Shown here: positions 35,226 through 48,270 of the stretch, one piece after another
Position numbering within the stretch: the stretch's first letter is position 1
Layout of the letters: every line of letters starts with the position of its first letter
DNA from: Malacoraja senta
Lineage: Eukaryota
Direction of reading: 5' to 3'
Length of the DNA: 64,000 nucleotides
Assembly: GCA_038087875.1 (NCBI GenBank)
Contig: CM075996.1
Coordinates: forward strand, 9,798,001 to 9,862,000
Notes under the pieces: model-generated
Told to the model about the DNA's origin: nothing
Databases searched by the model: none
Seen by the model: only the letters and a program-made list of their open reading frames with translations
Translations under genes and position numbers: made by a program

Positions 35226-35540
35226 GTTGGGGGAGTCCAGAACCAGGAGCCACAGTTTAAGAATAAGGGGTAGCCATTTAGAACAGAAACGAGGAAACAC
35301 TTTTTCTCACAGAGAGTTGTGAGTCTGTGGAATTCTCTGCCTCAGAGGTCGGTGGAGGCCGGTTCTCTGGATACTTTCAAGAGAGAGCTAGATAGGGCTC
35401 TTAAAGATAGCGGAGTCAGGGGATATGGGGAGAAGGCAGGAACGGGGTACTGATTGGGGATGATCAGCCATGATCACATTGAATGGCGGTGCTGGCTCGA
35501 AGGGCCGAATGGCCTACTCCTGCACCTATTGTCTATGGTC
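35226..35540 (+). mobile_element. CR1-type LINE 3' end
   Basis: Near-identical to 47322-47620 and to the reverse complement of 57885-58110. Confidence 0.88.
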
Positions 35541-36123
35541 TACTAACAAAATAGATGTGATCACCCATTTAGGACAGACTTGAACAATTCCTTCTTGGGA
35601 AATCAATATTTGGAGCTGCGGAGGTGGTTTCATTTAATATGTTCAAGGCCGAGTCAGAATACAGGGAAGTCAAGGGTTATGGGGACAGGCAGTAAAGGTG
35701 GAGCTGAGGATAAGATTACATCCACCATGATCTTTCTGAATTGCAATACAGGTTTGAGGGACAGTATACTGTAGCTAACTGCAGATCTTATTTCTTTGTT
35801 TGAATGGAACCAAACTCAGAAACTACACAGGAAATATTTCAGAATCAAATGGGAGCAGAAAGCAGTTTTTCTTTCATTGAACGGGGTACCTTTCCTTCAG
35901 AGGAGATTCAAAATGATGTCTTTCTGTGCTTTCAGACTTGGCAACTCTTGAGAAAGAGCAGAGTACTGTGGTATATTAATAGGTGATATTGTTAATGCAT
36001 TAATGTTATCATCTGCATAAATATAACATCAATATCATGTGCAGTGAATTATTTGATTAAGGCTCCTGTGTCCTTTAAATGTTAGTGGGTCGAATTGACT
36101 AGCATTCCAATAGCATCCACCTT

Positions 36124-36545
36124 AAGGGGCTGTACCACTAGGCGATTTTTTAGGCGACAGTCATAGTCGTAGCAGGTCACCGAAAAAACGGCGAGTGGAT
36201 TAATGGGCCTGTCCCACAGGCGATGTTTTAGGCGACTACGACAATGGAATTCACCGAGGTCAGCACCGGCGATAACCTACATCAGCACCGGCAACAACCT
36301 ACGTCATCCTGGCGACAACCTAGGATAACCTACGACAGTACCTACGTCAGGAGAAGACAAGCTACGACAAGCCCACGGGTCGCCGACTGTCGCCGAAAAG
36401 TTTTAAACATTTCAAAATCCAGTGGCGACCAGAAAAACGCTACGACTCTTTGGCCGACTGAGGAGACTACTCACGACCACACAGGCAACACCCTGGCGAC
36501 CTAATTGCTGGCAGTCGCCTAAAAAAATTGCCTAACAGGCCCTTT
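36124..36545. mobile_element. PIF/Harbinger-type MITE(s), two left ends
   Basis: AGGGGCTGTACCACTAGGCG at about 36125, TGGGCCTGTCCCACAGGCG at about 36204, right end ACAGGCCCT followed by TTA. Confidence 0.7.
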
Positions 36546-37274
36546 ATTAGGATGCATTACAGGGAGTTCTCCAGGGTGCTGAAAACAATCAACACCAGGT
36601 TCAAGAACAGCTTTTTCTCAGCAACTATCAGGCTCTTGAACACTGCACAACACCTAACATACAATCTTCTATGGATTGTGACTTTGATTGTATTACAGGC
36701 TTTAGTTTTGTACCACTATGGTTACCTGGAAATAGAGTTATTAAGTTACAGTATTATAGATTATTATATGCGTATCTGTGTGTGTGTTATTGTATTCACA
36801 GGCCTGTAAAGCTGCAGCAAGTAAGGATTTCATTGTTCCATCATTGCTGGTACATATGACATTGAAATACAGTCACACAACACTGAAACAGGCCCTTTGG
36901 GCCCACGCGTCCATGCCAACCAAGATGCCCTTTCTAAACTAGTCTCATTTGCCAACATTTAGTCCATATCTCTTTCCTATCCATATACCTTTCAAGTGAC
37001 TGCTAAATGCTGTTATAGTTCCAGCCTCAACTACTCCGTCTCCATGTACCTACCCACCAGTCTGATTGAAAAAGTTGACCCTCATTCTTTGAAACAACTC
37101 AAAACACACATCAAAAAGCCAGTTTTGGAAATGTGTAAGCTGTTGTAATTCCAACATTAACACACTGACTTCACTTCAAAGATTATCCATTTGGGAAAAC
37201 CTTTTGAGATTTCTGAAGTGCTGCATAAGACCATGACTTTCCTGTTTCCGATCCCCCTAGTTATCCTTCTAAAT

Positions 37275-38203
37275 CAGGGGTTGGCAATGTACGGCCCACG
37301 GGCCGAATCTGGCCCGTAACCCAAAGTCATCCGGCCCGCAGGCTTATTTTTTTTCAATTTGTTTTCGTGACCTGGGCACTACAGCCTGTCCCGGGGCTCA
37401 CAGGCAACCTGGGGATTGCAGCCAGTCCCGGGGCTCACAGGCAACCTGGGTGCTACAGCCTGTCCCGGGGCTCACAGGCAACTTGGGCATTACAGCCTGT
37501 CCCGGGGCTCACAGGCAACTTGGGCACTACAGCCAGTCCGGGGGCTCACAGGCAACCTGGGCACTACAGCCAGTCCGGGGGCTCACAGGCAACCTGGGCA
37601 CTACAGCCTGTCCCGGGGCTCACAGGCAACCTGGGCACTACAGCCTGTCCCGGGGCTCACAGGCAACATGGGGTATGCAGCCAGTCCCGGGGCTCACAGG
37701 CAACATGGGCACTACAGCCAGTCCCGGGGCTCACAGGCAACCTGGGGATTGCAGCCAGTCCCGGGGCTCACAGGCAACCTGGGCACTACAGCCTGTCCCG
37801 GGGCTCACAGGCAACTTGGGCACTACAGCCTGTCCCGGGGCTCACAGGCAACTTGGGCACTACAGCCAGTCCGGGGGCTCACAGGCAACCTGGGCACTAC
37901 AGCCAGTCCGGGGGCTCACAGGCAACCTGGGCACTACAGCCTGTCCCGGGGCTCACAGGCAACTTGGGCACTACAGCCTGTCCTGGGGCTCACAGGCAAC
38001 TTGGGTGCTACAGCCAGTCCGGGGGCTCACAGGCAACCTGCGAACTGCAGAAAACGAATTAAAAAACATGAAAACTGTATTATTAGTATGTATTATTACT
38101 AATTTAGTTAGTATGTATTATTATTACCTCAATTTATTAACTATGGCGGTAGATGTGGCCCGCCATCCACTCACAAACATGGGCCCTGGCCCCTATGCAA
38201 AAA
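37275..38203 (+). mobile_element. Second copy of the minisatellite-bearing hAT, right TIR missing
   Basis: Left end CAGGGGTTGGCAATGTACGGCCCACGGGCCG and the post-array region match 601-2640; homology stops just before the right TIR. Confidence 0.88.
37369..38045. repeat. 37-bp minisatellite, variant unit CCTGGGCACTACAGCC(A/T)GTCCCGGGGCTCACAGGCAA
   Basis: About 18 tandem units directly visible. Confidence 0.96.
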
Positions 38204-38680
38204 TGTCCATTTTAGATGCAAATTATCCAATTTTGGAATGATGTCAGATCTATTTGTAATTTTCGTTGACAATGGTGAAGTAAAAAGCCTATTTCTTATC
38301 CTGGGGAATGTGTCAAATATGTGAAGAGTCACTGTAATCTGAAAACAGTTCACTATGGCCTTGAGGCATTGGACATGTGGAGGCAGTGCAGCGGTGTAAG
38401 TATTAACATCCTTTGTCTTGGTTTCTTTCTTCTGTCAATATGAATAAATCGTGATCCTGACAACAACGTACCAGGAGCTCTTGTTCTCACATTCAGCATG
38501 AGTTAAACTTGAAACGGAGAACGCTCTGGCAGGTCAGACCCAATGGCCATTGATGAGTCATGACTCCCCGACTTGTAGAGAAACAAGTCACTATCTAGAA
38601 AAAAAAGCCTGCTTAAAATCCACTCATAACACGTGTGGTGACCCAGGATTCCACCCCAGCAGAATGATCAGTTGTTCAAT

Positions 38681-38955
38681 TTAGTATAGTTTAGAGATAC
38701 AGCGTGGAAACAGCCCCACCGGCCCACTGAGTCCACACTGACCAGCGATCCCAGTACACTACTAGCCCTTTCCTACACACCAAGGACAATTTACAATTTT
38801 TACCAAAGCCAAATTAACCTACAAACGGAGTGTGGGAGGAAACTGGAGCATCTGGGGAAAAGTTAAGCAGGTCATGGGGAGAATGTACAAACTCCATACA
38901 GACAGCACCCATAGTCAGGATTGAACCCGGGTCTCTACCGCTGCACCACTGTGCT
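38681..38955 (-). mobile_element. V-SINE
   Basis: Reverse complement of the SINE consensus. Confidence 0.8.
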
Positions 38956-39829
38956 GCTGTATGGTTGATTTCTACACCACTGGTGATCTGGAAATAAATT
39001 CCCATAAGGTTAACTTGGAAATGCGTCCGAGAAGGAACGGGCTTAAAAAAAGTCCTCCCCTTTTTCAAGCACGTTTGCACTTTTGCACTTCAGTGAACTT
39101 GAAGTACCTGGATAAACCATAACCAGCAATGCAGGGATCAAGTTCTGGAAAGTGGGATTAGACATGTCTATGTTTGGCTGCATGGACACAATGAGTCAAA
39201 TGCCCTCGCGCTCTGCTTTAAACTTCCATGGTTCCATGTAGGCTCTGGTCTTAGTTGTTAGACTGAACGAACCACTTTACCACACTACCCTTATGTGATT
39301 CCTTCGCCAGAGTTCTTGTGCATTTCTTCTCCTTAGCTATTCTTATACCTTCGCTTCCTGTTTATCGCCTCATATTACGTTCAGGAGCAGTCTCCCCTTC
39401 TGATGTGCAGGTTCTGGGCTAACTTGCTATCTCGTCTCACCTTTTCCTCCCTTTCCCAAATCCTTTGATCCACCTGCTGCACAGACAAAAAAGAATCATT
39501 TGGCATGCAAAATTCCACTGCTATTTCACAGCCGCTTCTGAAGTCAAACTGATCACAAGTTTTATCTCATCTCGGTTATGGAACATAGAACAAACAGTAC
39601 AGCACAGAAACAAGCCCTTTGGCCCACAATGTCCGTGTCGATGCTAAGTTAAACTAATCTTTGCCTGCATATATATGATCCATATCCCTCCATGTGCCTT
39701 TCAAGAAACCTCTTAAACACCACTGTCATATAAGCCCTGGCAGCATGTTCTAGACACCCACCACTCTTTGCATTAAAACCTGACCAGTACATATCTATTA
39801 AACTTTCTTCCCTTTGATCTTAATGCTAT

Positions 39830-40335
39830 CCGCTGTTTCAGGCATCAACTCCTGTATATCGACGAGACCAAGCGCAGGCTCGGCGATCGTTTCGCTGAAC
39901 ACCTCCGCTCAGTCCGCCTAAACCTACCTGATCTCCCGGTTGGTCAGCACTAACTCCCCCTCCCATTTCCAATCTGACCTTTCTGTCCAATTTGCGCTGG
40001 GCCTCACTCAGCCAATGGAGGAGGTCCAGCGCAAATTGGAGGAACCGCAGCCCATATTTGGCTTGGGTAGCTTATTCCCCAGTGGTGTGAACATTGACTT
40101 CTCTAACTTCAAATAGGCCTTGCTTCCCCTCTTTCCATCCTCACACCAGTCTTACTGTCTCCAACTACATTCTATATCTGTCCCGCCCACTCCCCTGACA
40201 TCAGTCTGAAGAAGGGTCTCGACCCGAAACGTCACCCATTCCTTCTCTCCAGAGATGCTGCCTGTCCCACTGAGTTACTCCAGCATTTTGTGTCTACCTT
40301 TGATTTAAACCAGCATCTGCAGTTCTTTCTACACA
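39830..40335 (+). mobile_element. Penelope-like 3' fragment (GIY-YIG region + pLTR)
   Basis: IRCFRHQLLYIDETKRRLGDRFAEHLRSVR; CTGAAGAAGGGTCTCGACCCGAAACGTC at about 40206; 11-bp TSD CTTAATGCTAT (39819-39829, 40336-40346). Confidence 0.9.
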
Positions 40336-40799
40336 CTTAATGCTATGTGCTCTAGTCTTGGAAAAATGATTCTAAATGGCCATCTAGTTATCTTGAGTCC
40401 GTAACTTTTATTTCTGGACTCTCCAGCCATGGGCAATGAGTCTCAGTGTCCACACCTCTCATATTCCACAAGGTTCAGAGACCAAATATTGAGAGTAAAG
40501 CTATTTTACTCATTTCTTTGCACCTTGATCTTTTTTTTGTTCATTTAGTCACTTCTTCACCCATATGAGACGCTTCCTCCAATTTCTCACCAACACTTTC
40601 TATCCTGGCTGTGTGCCTGTTTGAAACTTTTCAAAATCTTCCAATTCTCATGAAAGCTCATTGACCTGAAATATTAACTGAATCTCCCCCAACAAATAAT
40701 GCTTGAGCTGTTCTGTTTCCAGCACAGTCTGTTTCTATTTTTGTCTATGCTTCTTCCACCAGATTTATGTCCTCAATACCTGCAGTCCAATGGTTTTAA

Positions 40800-41960
40800 G
40801 TTATAAAATCATCAGGGATCAAATAGATAGGGTGAATGCAGTCTTTTACTCGTGTATGGGGGTCAAGAACTAGAGGACATAGGTTTAAAGTGAGAGGGGA
40901 ATTAAATTAATAGCAACCCAAGGGGCACAGTTTACTCACAGGGTGGTGGGTGTATGGAACGAGCTGCTGGGGGACATAGCCGAGGCTGGTACTATAAACA
41001 ACATTTACAAGACATTTGGACAGGTACATGGATAGGAAAGGTTTGGAGAAATATGGATCAAGATGGCTTAGATGGGGCATCTTGGTCAGCATGGATGAGT
41101 TGGGGCCAAAGGGCCTGATTCAGTGTTTAGTTTACTCTAGTTTAGAGATTCAGCGCAGATACGGACCCTTAGGCCCACCAATCCCTGCACACTAACACTA
41201 TCCTACACACACGGGAGACAATTTACAGTTATACCAAGCCAATTAACTTACAAACCTGTATGTCTTTGGAATGTGGGGGGGGGAAATGAAGATCTCGGAG
41301 AAAACCCACACAGGTCATGGAGAGAACATACAATCTCCGTACAGACAAGCACCCGTAGTCAGGATCGAACCCAGGTCTCTGGCGTTGTAAGGCAGTAGCT
41401 CTACCACTACGCCATGTGCTGTATGACAATTGTTTTCTTGGGAATTGGAACTGGAAACAATAATGGGAAGAGCACGAAGATAGACACATAAAAGCTGCAG
41501 TAACTAAGCGGGACAGGCAGCATCTCTGGAGAGAAGGAATGGGTGACGTTTCAGGTCGAGACCCTTCTTCAGACTGGTTAGGGATAAGGGAAACGAGAGA
41601 TATAGACGGTCATGTGTAAAAATAAAAAACAACGAATGAAAGATATGCAAAAACATCATGAAGATAAATGAAATAGGCCGTTGTTAGTTGTTTGTGGGGT
41701 GAAAATGTGAAGCAAGTGTGACTTGGGTGGGGGAGGGATGGAGAGAGAGGGAATGCCGGGGCTACCTGAAGTGAGAGAAATCAAAATTCATACCACTGGG
41801 CTGTAAGCTGCCCAAGCGAAATATGAGTTGGTGTTCATCCAATTTGCATTTAGCCTCACTCTGAGACCTAGGACAGAAAGGTCAGTGTAGGAACGGGAGG
41901 GAGAATTAAAGTGACCAGGAATGGCAAAGTGAGCAGGGTACTCGTTGTATCTGCCGATCT
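40800..41960. mobile_element. Cluster: CR1 3' end (+), V-SINE (-, 41140-41415), Penelope fragment (-, 41475-41960)
   Basis: Each part matches other copies in the window. Confidence 0.75.
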
Positions 41961-42386
41961 GCCTGATACAGACATCTGTGACAAATGAATGTTGTGCACT
42001 CGCTGGGCAAGCTGCTGTAATATGGGTATTAAATGACAACCACAGCCCACCAGGGATCAAAACTAATCATGCTGCCGTTTACGACTAGTCTCTCACTGTC
42101 CAATGGGAAACTGATTCCTCACTTACTTCTGGCTTTCTACCCACAGGCTGAGATTTAACAACATTCCATCTTCTGTTCCAGAAAGGAAGTGAGGGAACGA
42201 TATCTGAATCAAGTCTAGTTTCAGCATGTTAAATTACATAGGAAAGTGACATCCAATAGTGAGGAAAGACAGAGTCGCAGAGTAATGCAACATGGAGACA
42301 GTTGTCCAACTGGTTAGACATTGCTCAGTTACAGCACCCCCCCCCCCCCCCATTCATGTGTAGTACTAAGAGTGTACTCTCTCAGG

Positions 42387-42899
42387 TTTAGTTTAGAGAT
42401 ACAGCGTGGAAACTGTCCCTTTGGCCCACCGAGTCTGTGCCAACCAGCGCTCCCTGTAATCTAACACTATCCTACACACTAGGGCGGTCACGGTGGCGCA
42501 GCGGTAGAGTCGTTGCCTTACAGCGAATGCAGCGCCGGAGACCCGGGTTCCATCCAGACTACGGGTGCTGTCTGTACAGAGTTTGTACGTTCTCCCCGTG
42601 GGTTTTCTCTATGATCTTCGGTTTCCTCCCACACCCCAACGACGTACAGGTTTGTAGATTAATTGGCTTGGTAAACGTAAAAATTGGCCTTAGTAGGTGT
42701 AGGATAGAGTTAATGTGTGGGGATCGCTGGTCAGCGTGGACCCGGTGGGCCGAAGGGCCTGTTTCCGCGCTGTATCTTTAAACTAAAGACAATTTACAAT
42801 TTTTACCATACTCCGTACAGACCGCACCCGTGATCAGGAACGAACCGGTCTTTGGTGCTGTAAGGCAGCAACTCTACCACAGCGCCACCACGCTGTCCC
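42387..42899. mobile_element. Full-length plus-strand V-SINE (42482-42787) inserted into a minus-strand V-SINE
   Basis: Outer copy reads ...CCTACACACTAGGG | GACAATTTAC... across the inner copy. Confidence 0.85.
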
Positions 42900-43336
42900 T
42901 GTGATGCTAAAGATCCATGGCACTATTCTGAGGAGAAATTGTGGATTATCCAAATGTTACATTTGAAAACACACCTTAAAATCATTAAAATTGGACATCT
43001 TTCAGACTGTCTATCCTCTCTATGCCTTTCGTAATTTTATACACTTTCACCAGGTCTCCCTGTAAACTTCAGCATTCCAGATAAAAACAACCCAGGTTTG
43101 TCCAACCTCTCTCTGTAGCTAATATCCTCTAATCCAAGCATCATTCTGGTAAACCCCCTTTAAAGCCTTTCCAAAGCCTCCACACCCTTCCCGTAACGGG
43201 GCACCCAGAACAGCACACAATACTCCAAATGTGGCCTAACCAAAATCCTATAAAGCTGTGACAGGACTTTCTGACTATTATACTCAATGCCTCAATCTAT
43301 GAAGGCAAGCATACAATTTGCCTTCTTAACCACTCT

Positions 43337-46078
43337 CAGGGCTCTCGCTTAACTTTTTTCCCTGTTGCCAGCCAGGCAACCTTGGTAGCTTTTTAGGTTG
43401 CCAACTGACAGTTTAGGTGGTCATTTAAGATGGCTTGCATGACGCGTGCGATAATGTGCTCGGACGAAGTGCGTAGTTACCAGTCAGAATTATACTCAAT
43501 GAAGCATTCACATATTATTTCTGCTTCAAATAAAATCACAAACTAAACATATTCACCAATCAAGACATGATATATCCCACAATGACATGCAGCAAAATTA
43601 TAAGACAGTATCTCAACTCTTTTTACACATTGCAATTAATGCAATTTCTATTAGTTCTTTCCACTTCCAAACAACAATGTAGTTGGATTATTCAGCATAT
43701 GATCAACCTGTGTCAATAAATCCTGGACCATGGTAACATGTATGCTTAACCATGCATACTACAGATTGATTGATGCAAGCATGTTTTCTGTGAAGGACCG
43801 AAAAGTACCATAACATGGCCATAGCGTGGGTCGTTTTTGCTATTGGTACAGAAACACTCTCGCTTCCCACATAATTTATCCACAACAAAATGTACAGGTT
43901 GCAAGGACATTTCTACAGGCATTTTATGATAATAGCTGTTAAAACCAACTATACCCATCTGACAGGTTAAACATAACACTAGCTGACAAGAGATGGCCAA
44001 AGGACATAACTGCAGCAAATGTTCTTTTGGTAATATATTTAAAGGTGTCAAGATGCCACATTACCAGACATTCAGATTAAATGTACGTGTTGTGAACAGC
44101 AATGAAGATACCCAGTTTGTAAGCACCAGATTAAAAAAAAATTAATGATAAACGCTGTTTCCATCATTCCCACTTAAGAATTAACATTAAAATTTCAACT
44201 GAAATATCTCCTGACCAAATTTGTGATGTATATGATTGACTGTAGAAGTAAAACCTGGATAAATCCAACATATAGTTGTGGATGTTGCTCATTAAATAAC
44301 TACAGTACTGATACTCCATATTAAGAGCATTGATTTGCCGTTAAAATGAATTCTGTAATAACGTGTCAACGGCAGCAGTGACAATTGAACACTGCGGTTT
44401 TAATGTTTCACGTGTTCACAATTTAATGAATCCATCTTTATGGATTAAAACAAATAATAACATTGGGAATTAAAACACATTTGATTGCATTCCGTTATCA
44501 AACATAGTCAATGTTCGCTCTGAAGACATTTTCAGCACAATAGGGTCAGGGAGGGGGGGAGTGTGTGAATCAGTGCGGGGTGGATAGATGGCGGGTGTGT
44601 GTGGGGGGGGGGGGGTTAGAAGGCAGTCAGTGCAGAATGGATGGATTGAGGCAGGTGAATTAGTACACGTTGGTTGGAGTAGGTAAAATTGTGAGGGGAG
44701 AGCACGGGGATGTCAGTGGTGTTGAATGGGGGGGTTCAGTACGGGATGGATGGGGGTAGACAAAAGTGCTGGAGGAACTCAGCGGGTGAGGCAGCATCTA
44801 TGGAGCGAAGGAAATAGGCAACATTTCGGGTCGAGACCCTTCAGACTGTTCCCCCCATTCTTCTTGAATGGGAGGATCAGTACAGGATGGATGGGGGGGG
44901 GAGATCAGCGCAGGATGAATGGGGGTGGGGTCAGTACAGTGTGGATCGGAGGGTCTGTGCAGGATGAATGGGAAATCACTACAGGATGAATGAGGGGAAG
45001 GGGGAAGGTGCAGGGTAAATGGAGGGTGGGTCAGTACGGGATGAATGCGTGGATTAGTACAGGATGGATGGGGGATCACTACAGGATGGATGGAGGAGAA
45101 GTGCAGGATGGATGGGAAAGGGGTAACGACAGGGTGAATTGGGGAACCAGTGTAGGATGGATGGGGGGGGGTGGCAGGAGAATCAATGCGAGGTGGATAG
45201 GGTGATCAGCGCAGGATGAATAGATGGGGGGGGTTGATGGGGAGGGGAGCACAGGGGATGTCAGTGAGGACTGAATAGAGGGCAGAATGGGGATCAGTGC
45301 GGGATGGAGTGGAGGGGTCCCAGGATAAGGGGGGGTGGAGGCAGCGTACAAGAGAGAGAGAGAGAGAGAGGAAGAGGGTGGGTGAGGTGGGGAGGAAGGA
45401 AGGTCAGCGTTCCTCGGACAACATCGCCCGCTGCCTTGGCCGTTGGGAACTCCTCGCCACCGCCTCCCTCCTCCGCCAGCCAACAGCAAGGTGCGGGGCC
45501 GAGCGGTGCAGCTCAGAGATCCTATAGCTATAGGATCTTTGGTGCAGCTGCTTCAGACGAGTCGGAGCGAATGACGGGCCCCACACAGCGGCAGCAGCGG
45601 CCGCGACAGCGGCTCCATCTCCTCCTCCTCCCTGATAGCGGCCGCTGCATGTTTCAAAACAAACCCTCCCGCACGCCGAGGCCGGGAGGAGGGAGGAGGG
45701 AGGGAGGGGGAGGCCTCGGCGTGCGGGAGGGTTTGTTTTGAAACAAGCAGCGGCCGCTATCAGGGAGGAGGAGGAGATGGAGCTGCCGTTCGCGGCCGCT
45801 GCTGCCGCTGTTCGGGGCCCGTCATTCGCTCCGACCCTTCCTCACCCAGCACCTAGTATATTTGCCCCGCAACACAGCCGTCACCGACACAACACGTCGC
45901 GTTCCTTTTCTCCAGAGATGCTGCCTGACCCGCGGAGTTACTCCAGTTTTTTGTGTCTATCTTCGGTACAAACCAGTATCTGGTTGCCAAGCCGGGCAAA
46001 ATGACTCGGCGTTTAGGTTGCCCGGTGGCGCTTTGAGTGGTCAGGGGGCACCCGGGCAACCGCTAATTTCGAGCCCTG
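43337..46078 (+). mobile_element. 2.7-kb hAT5-like element, copy 2, inserted in a minus-strand CR1
   Basis: Colinear with 32486-35220; TSD ACTCT (43332-43336, 46079-46083). Confidence 0.9.
45514..45541. mobile_element. 28-bp palindromic insertion with 8-bp TSD
   Basis: CAGAGATCCTATAGCTATAGGATCTTTG flanked by GTGCAGCT twice; the paralogous site near 34635 has a single GTGCAGCT. Confidence 0.88.
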
Positions 46079-46469
46079 ACTCTACTTACGTTGCCACTTT
46101 CAGAGAATTATGGACTTGGATCCAAAGATCCCTCAATACTTTAATGCTGTGCCACTAATTGTATATTTTCCCCATACAAGTGCGACGTCTCACGTGCTCA
46201 GATTAAACTGTATCTGCCAATTCTCCATCCATTTCTGTAGCTGATTATATCCTGCTGTATAGTTTGACAGCCTTCCTCACAGTCCGTGACCCCAGCAAAC
46301 TTGGTGCTGATCTGCTTTCTCCATAATACTCCTTGCATTGAAATGAACGCACTACAATACATCAGCGTCACCATATTCGTTCTCCTCTCCCTGCCTGTCC
46401 TTCATTCGAGGCTTACTAGTCCTAGCCTCTACCTTCCCATCACTCCTTCCAAGTTCTGACCTACTATCT

Positions 46470-46880
46470 CCACGGTGGCGAAGGGGTAGAGTTGTTGCCT
46501 CATAGCGCCAGAAACCCAAGTTTGATCCAGGTGCTTGTCTGTACGGAATTTGTACGTTCTCCCCGTGACCTCCGTGGGTTTTCCCCGAGAGCTCTGGTTT
46601 CCTCCCACACTCCAAAGACGTACAGGTTTGTAGGTTAATTGGCTTGTTTAATTGGCTTGATAAAAATGTAAAATTGTCCAAGTTGGCGATATGCAGAGTA
46701 CTGCCCTGCCGACTACAACATTCAGAAGGTTCAGAAGGATGTACAGGTTTGTAGGTTAATTGGCTTGGTAAAATTGTACATTGTCCCTAGTATGTGTGGA
46801 ATAGTGTTAATGTGTAGGGATCGCTGGTCGGCACGGACTCGTTGGGCCTGTTTCTGGGCTGTATCTCTAAACTAAACTAC
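46470..46880 (+). mobile_element. V-SINE with internal duplication
   Basis: GTACAGGTTTGTAGGTTAATTGGCTTG occurs at about 46620 and 46741. Confidence 0.8.
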
Positions 46881-47639
46881 TACACTGGTTCACATCCTAT
46901 AAAAGCATGTATTGTTCTCCTACAGTAATGCGTGGTGTGATTACAACTGGTGCATGCAAGCATGCCCACAATGTGTCAGGCCTCCCCTGCCCTGGGTTGT
47001 GTGGATTTAGTGCTTGTGGGATAAACAGAGGGGCCTACAGTCGCTTTTGAAACTGCTAAATTGCTAGAAGAGGTTGGGCTGGAGTGAGAACAAAATCAGC
47101 TTTGGCTGCTTGCCAGTTGCCTGTGGGCAAGGACATGACTGATGAAGGACATGACAAGGAACGGCTCCTGTCTGGGTTGAAATTTTTTCCCAAAAAATAT
47201 CTTGTTCACAATATACACTGTAGGGTCATGCTATCATCCACGCTCATAGTAGCAAGAAATGTAATACATTCTCTTACAATTAATCAAGGTCACTAATGTT
47301 TCCTTCCTAAACAATGCACAATGCTGGGGGAGTCCAGAACCAGGGGCCACTGTTTAAGAATAAGGGGGAAGCCATTTAGAACGGAGACGAGGAAATACTT
47401 TTTCTCACAGAGAGTTGTGAGTCTGTGGAATTCTCTGCATCAGAGGGCGGTGGAGGCCGGTTCTCTGGATACTTTCAAAAGAAAGCTAGATAGGACTCTT
47501 AAATATAGCAGAGTCAGGAGATATGGGGAGAAGGCAGGAACGGGGTAGTGATTGGGGATGATCAGCCATGATCACATTGAATGGCTCGAAGGGCTGAACG
47601 GCCTACTCCAGCACCTATTGCCTAATATATAATGTCTGA

Positions 47640-48270
47640 GAGGCCGTGGCAAGGGCCTGCCTTCTCAGTATCCAGTGCCGGCACAAGACTGTGCCATGGT
47701 CCTCCCCCACAGAGCCTTCGCTTTGGCCGAGTCCCTTGCCGTTCTCCTGCAGTCTGGAATCGGTCAGTCGACAGTGTTCCCTGATGGACATCTCGCTCTA
47801 CAAGTCAGGCAGCACCTGTGGAGGGAACACCTGACCATTCCCACCACAGATGCTACCTGACCACCTGAGTTCCTCCAGCACTTTGAATTTTGCTGTTTTT
47901 CGAGTGTGACTTTCTCTGTGTCAATGGTCTTTAAACAGTTCTTGGCGTTTGTCCTGTTTATGCATCCCTAGGAACAAGACCCCTGGAGTCTTCTGTGATC
48001 TACAGTCACTTGGTGTGAACCTCGTCAGGGACCTTGGCATCCTTTCTAGATCTTCCAAGCAAACACACAGCCCACAAGAAGGTGGATGATCATCCTGTTC
48101 GCACCACAGCCACCACCACTGGGAGTGAAATCCTGACTGTGCGGTAAGCAGCTGAAGGGAGGCTCCTCTCACCTCCTGAAACCTTGCTGCGTGGCTGTCA
48201 GGTCTGGTGATAAGGCATTCCCCACCAAATGGTGTTGCCACTCTGCTTGGGAACCAGCGCACAGGAGAGA
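47640..48270 (-). pseudogene. Decayed Tx1/L1-type ORF2 C-terminal fragments
   Basis: EMSIREHCRLTDSRLQE and HLLVGCVFAWKI resemble Tx1 C-terminal motifs. Confidence 0.45.

Noticed and set aside
37367..38241. Three overlapping ~230-260 aa ORFs
   Set aside because: Same minisatellite artefact.
42482..42570. tRNA genes suggested by A/B boxes
   Set aside because: These are SINE heads continuing into the V domain and CR1-like tail; no complete cloverleaf.
32486..46078. Segmental duplication or LTR pair
   Set aside because: Each copy has its own TIRs and a different TSD, and the flanks are not homologous.
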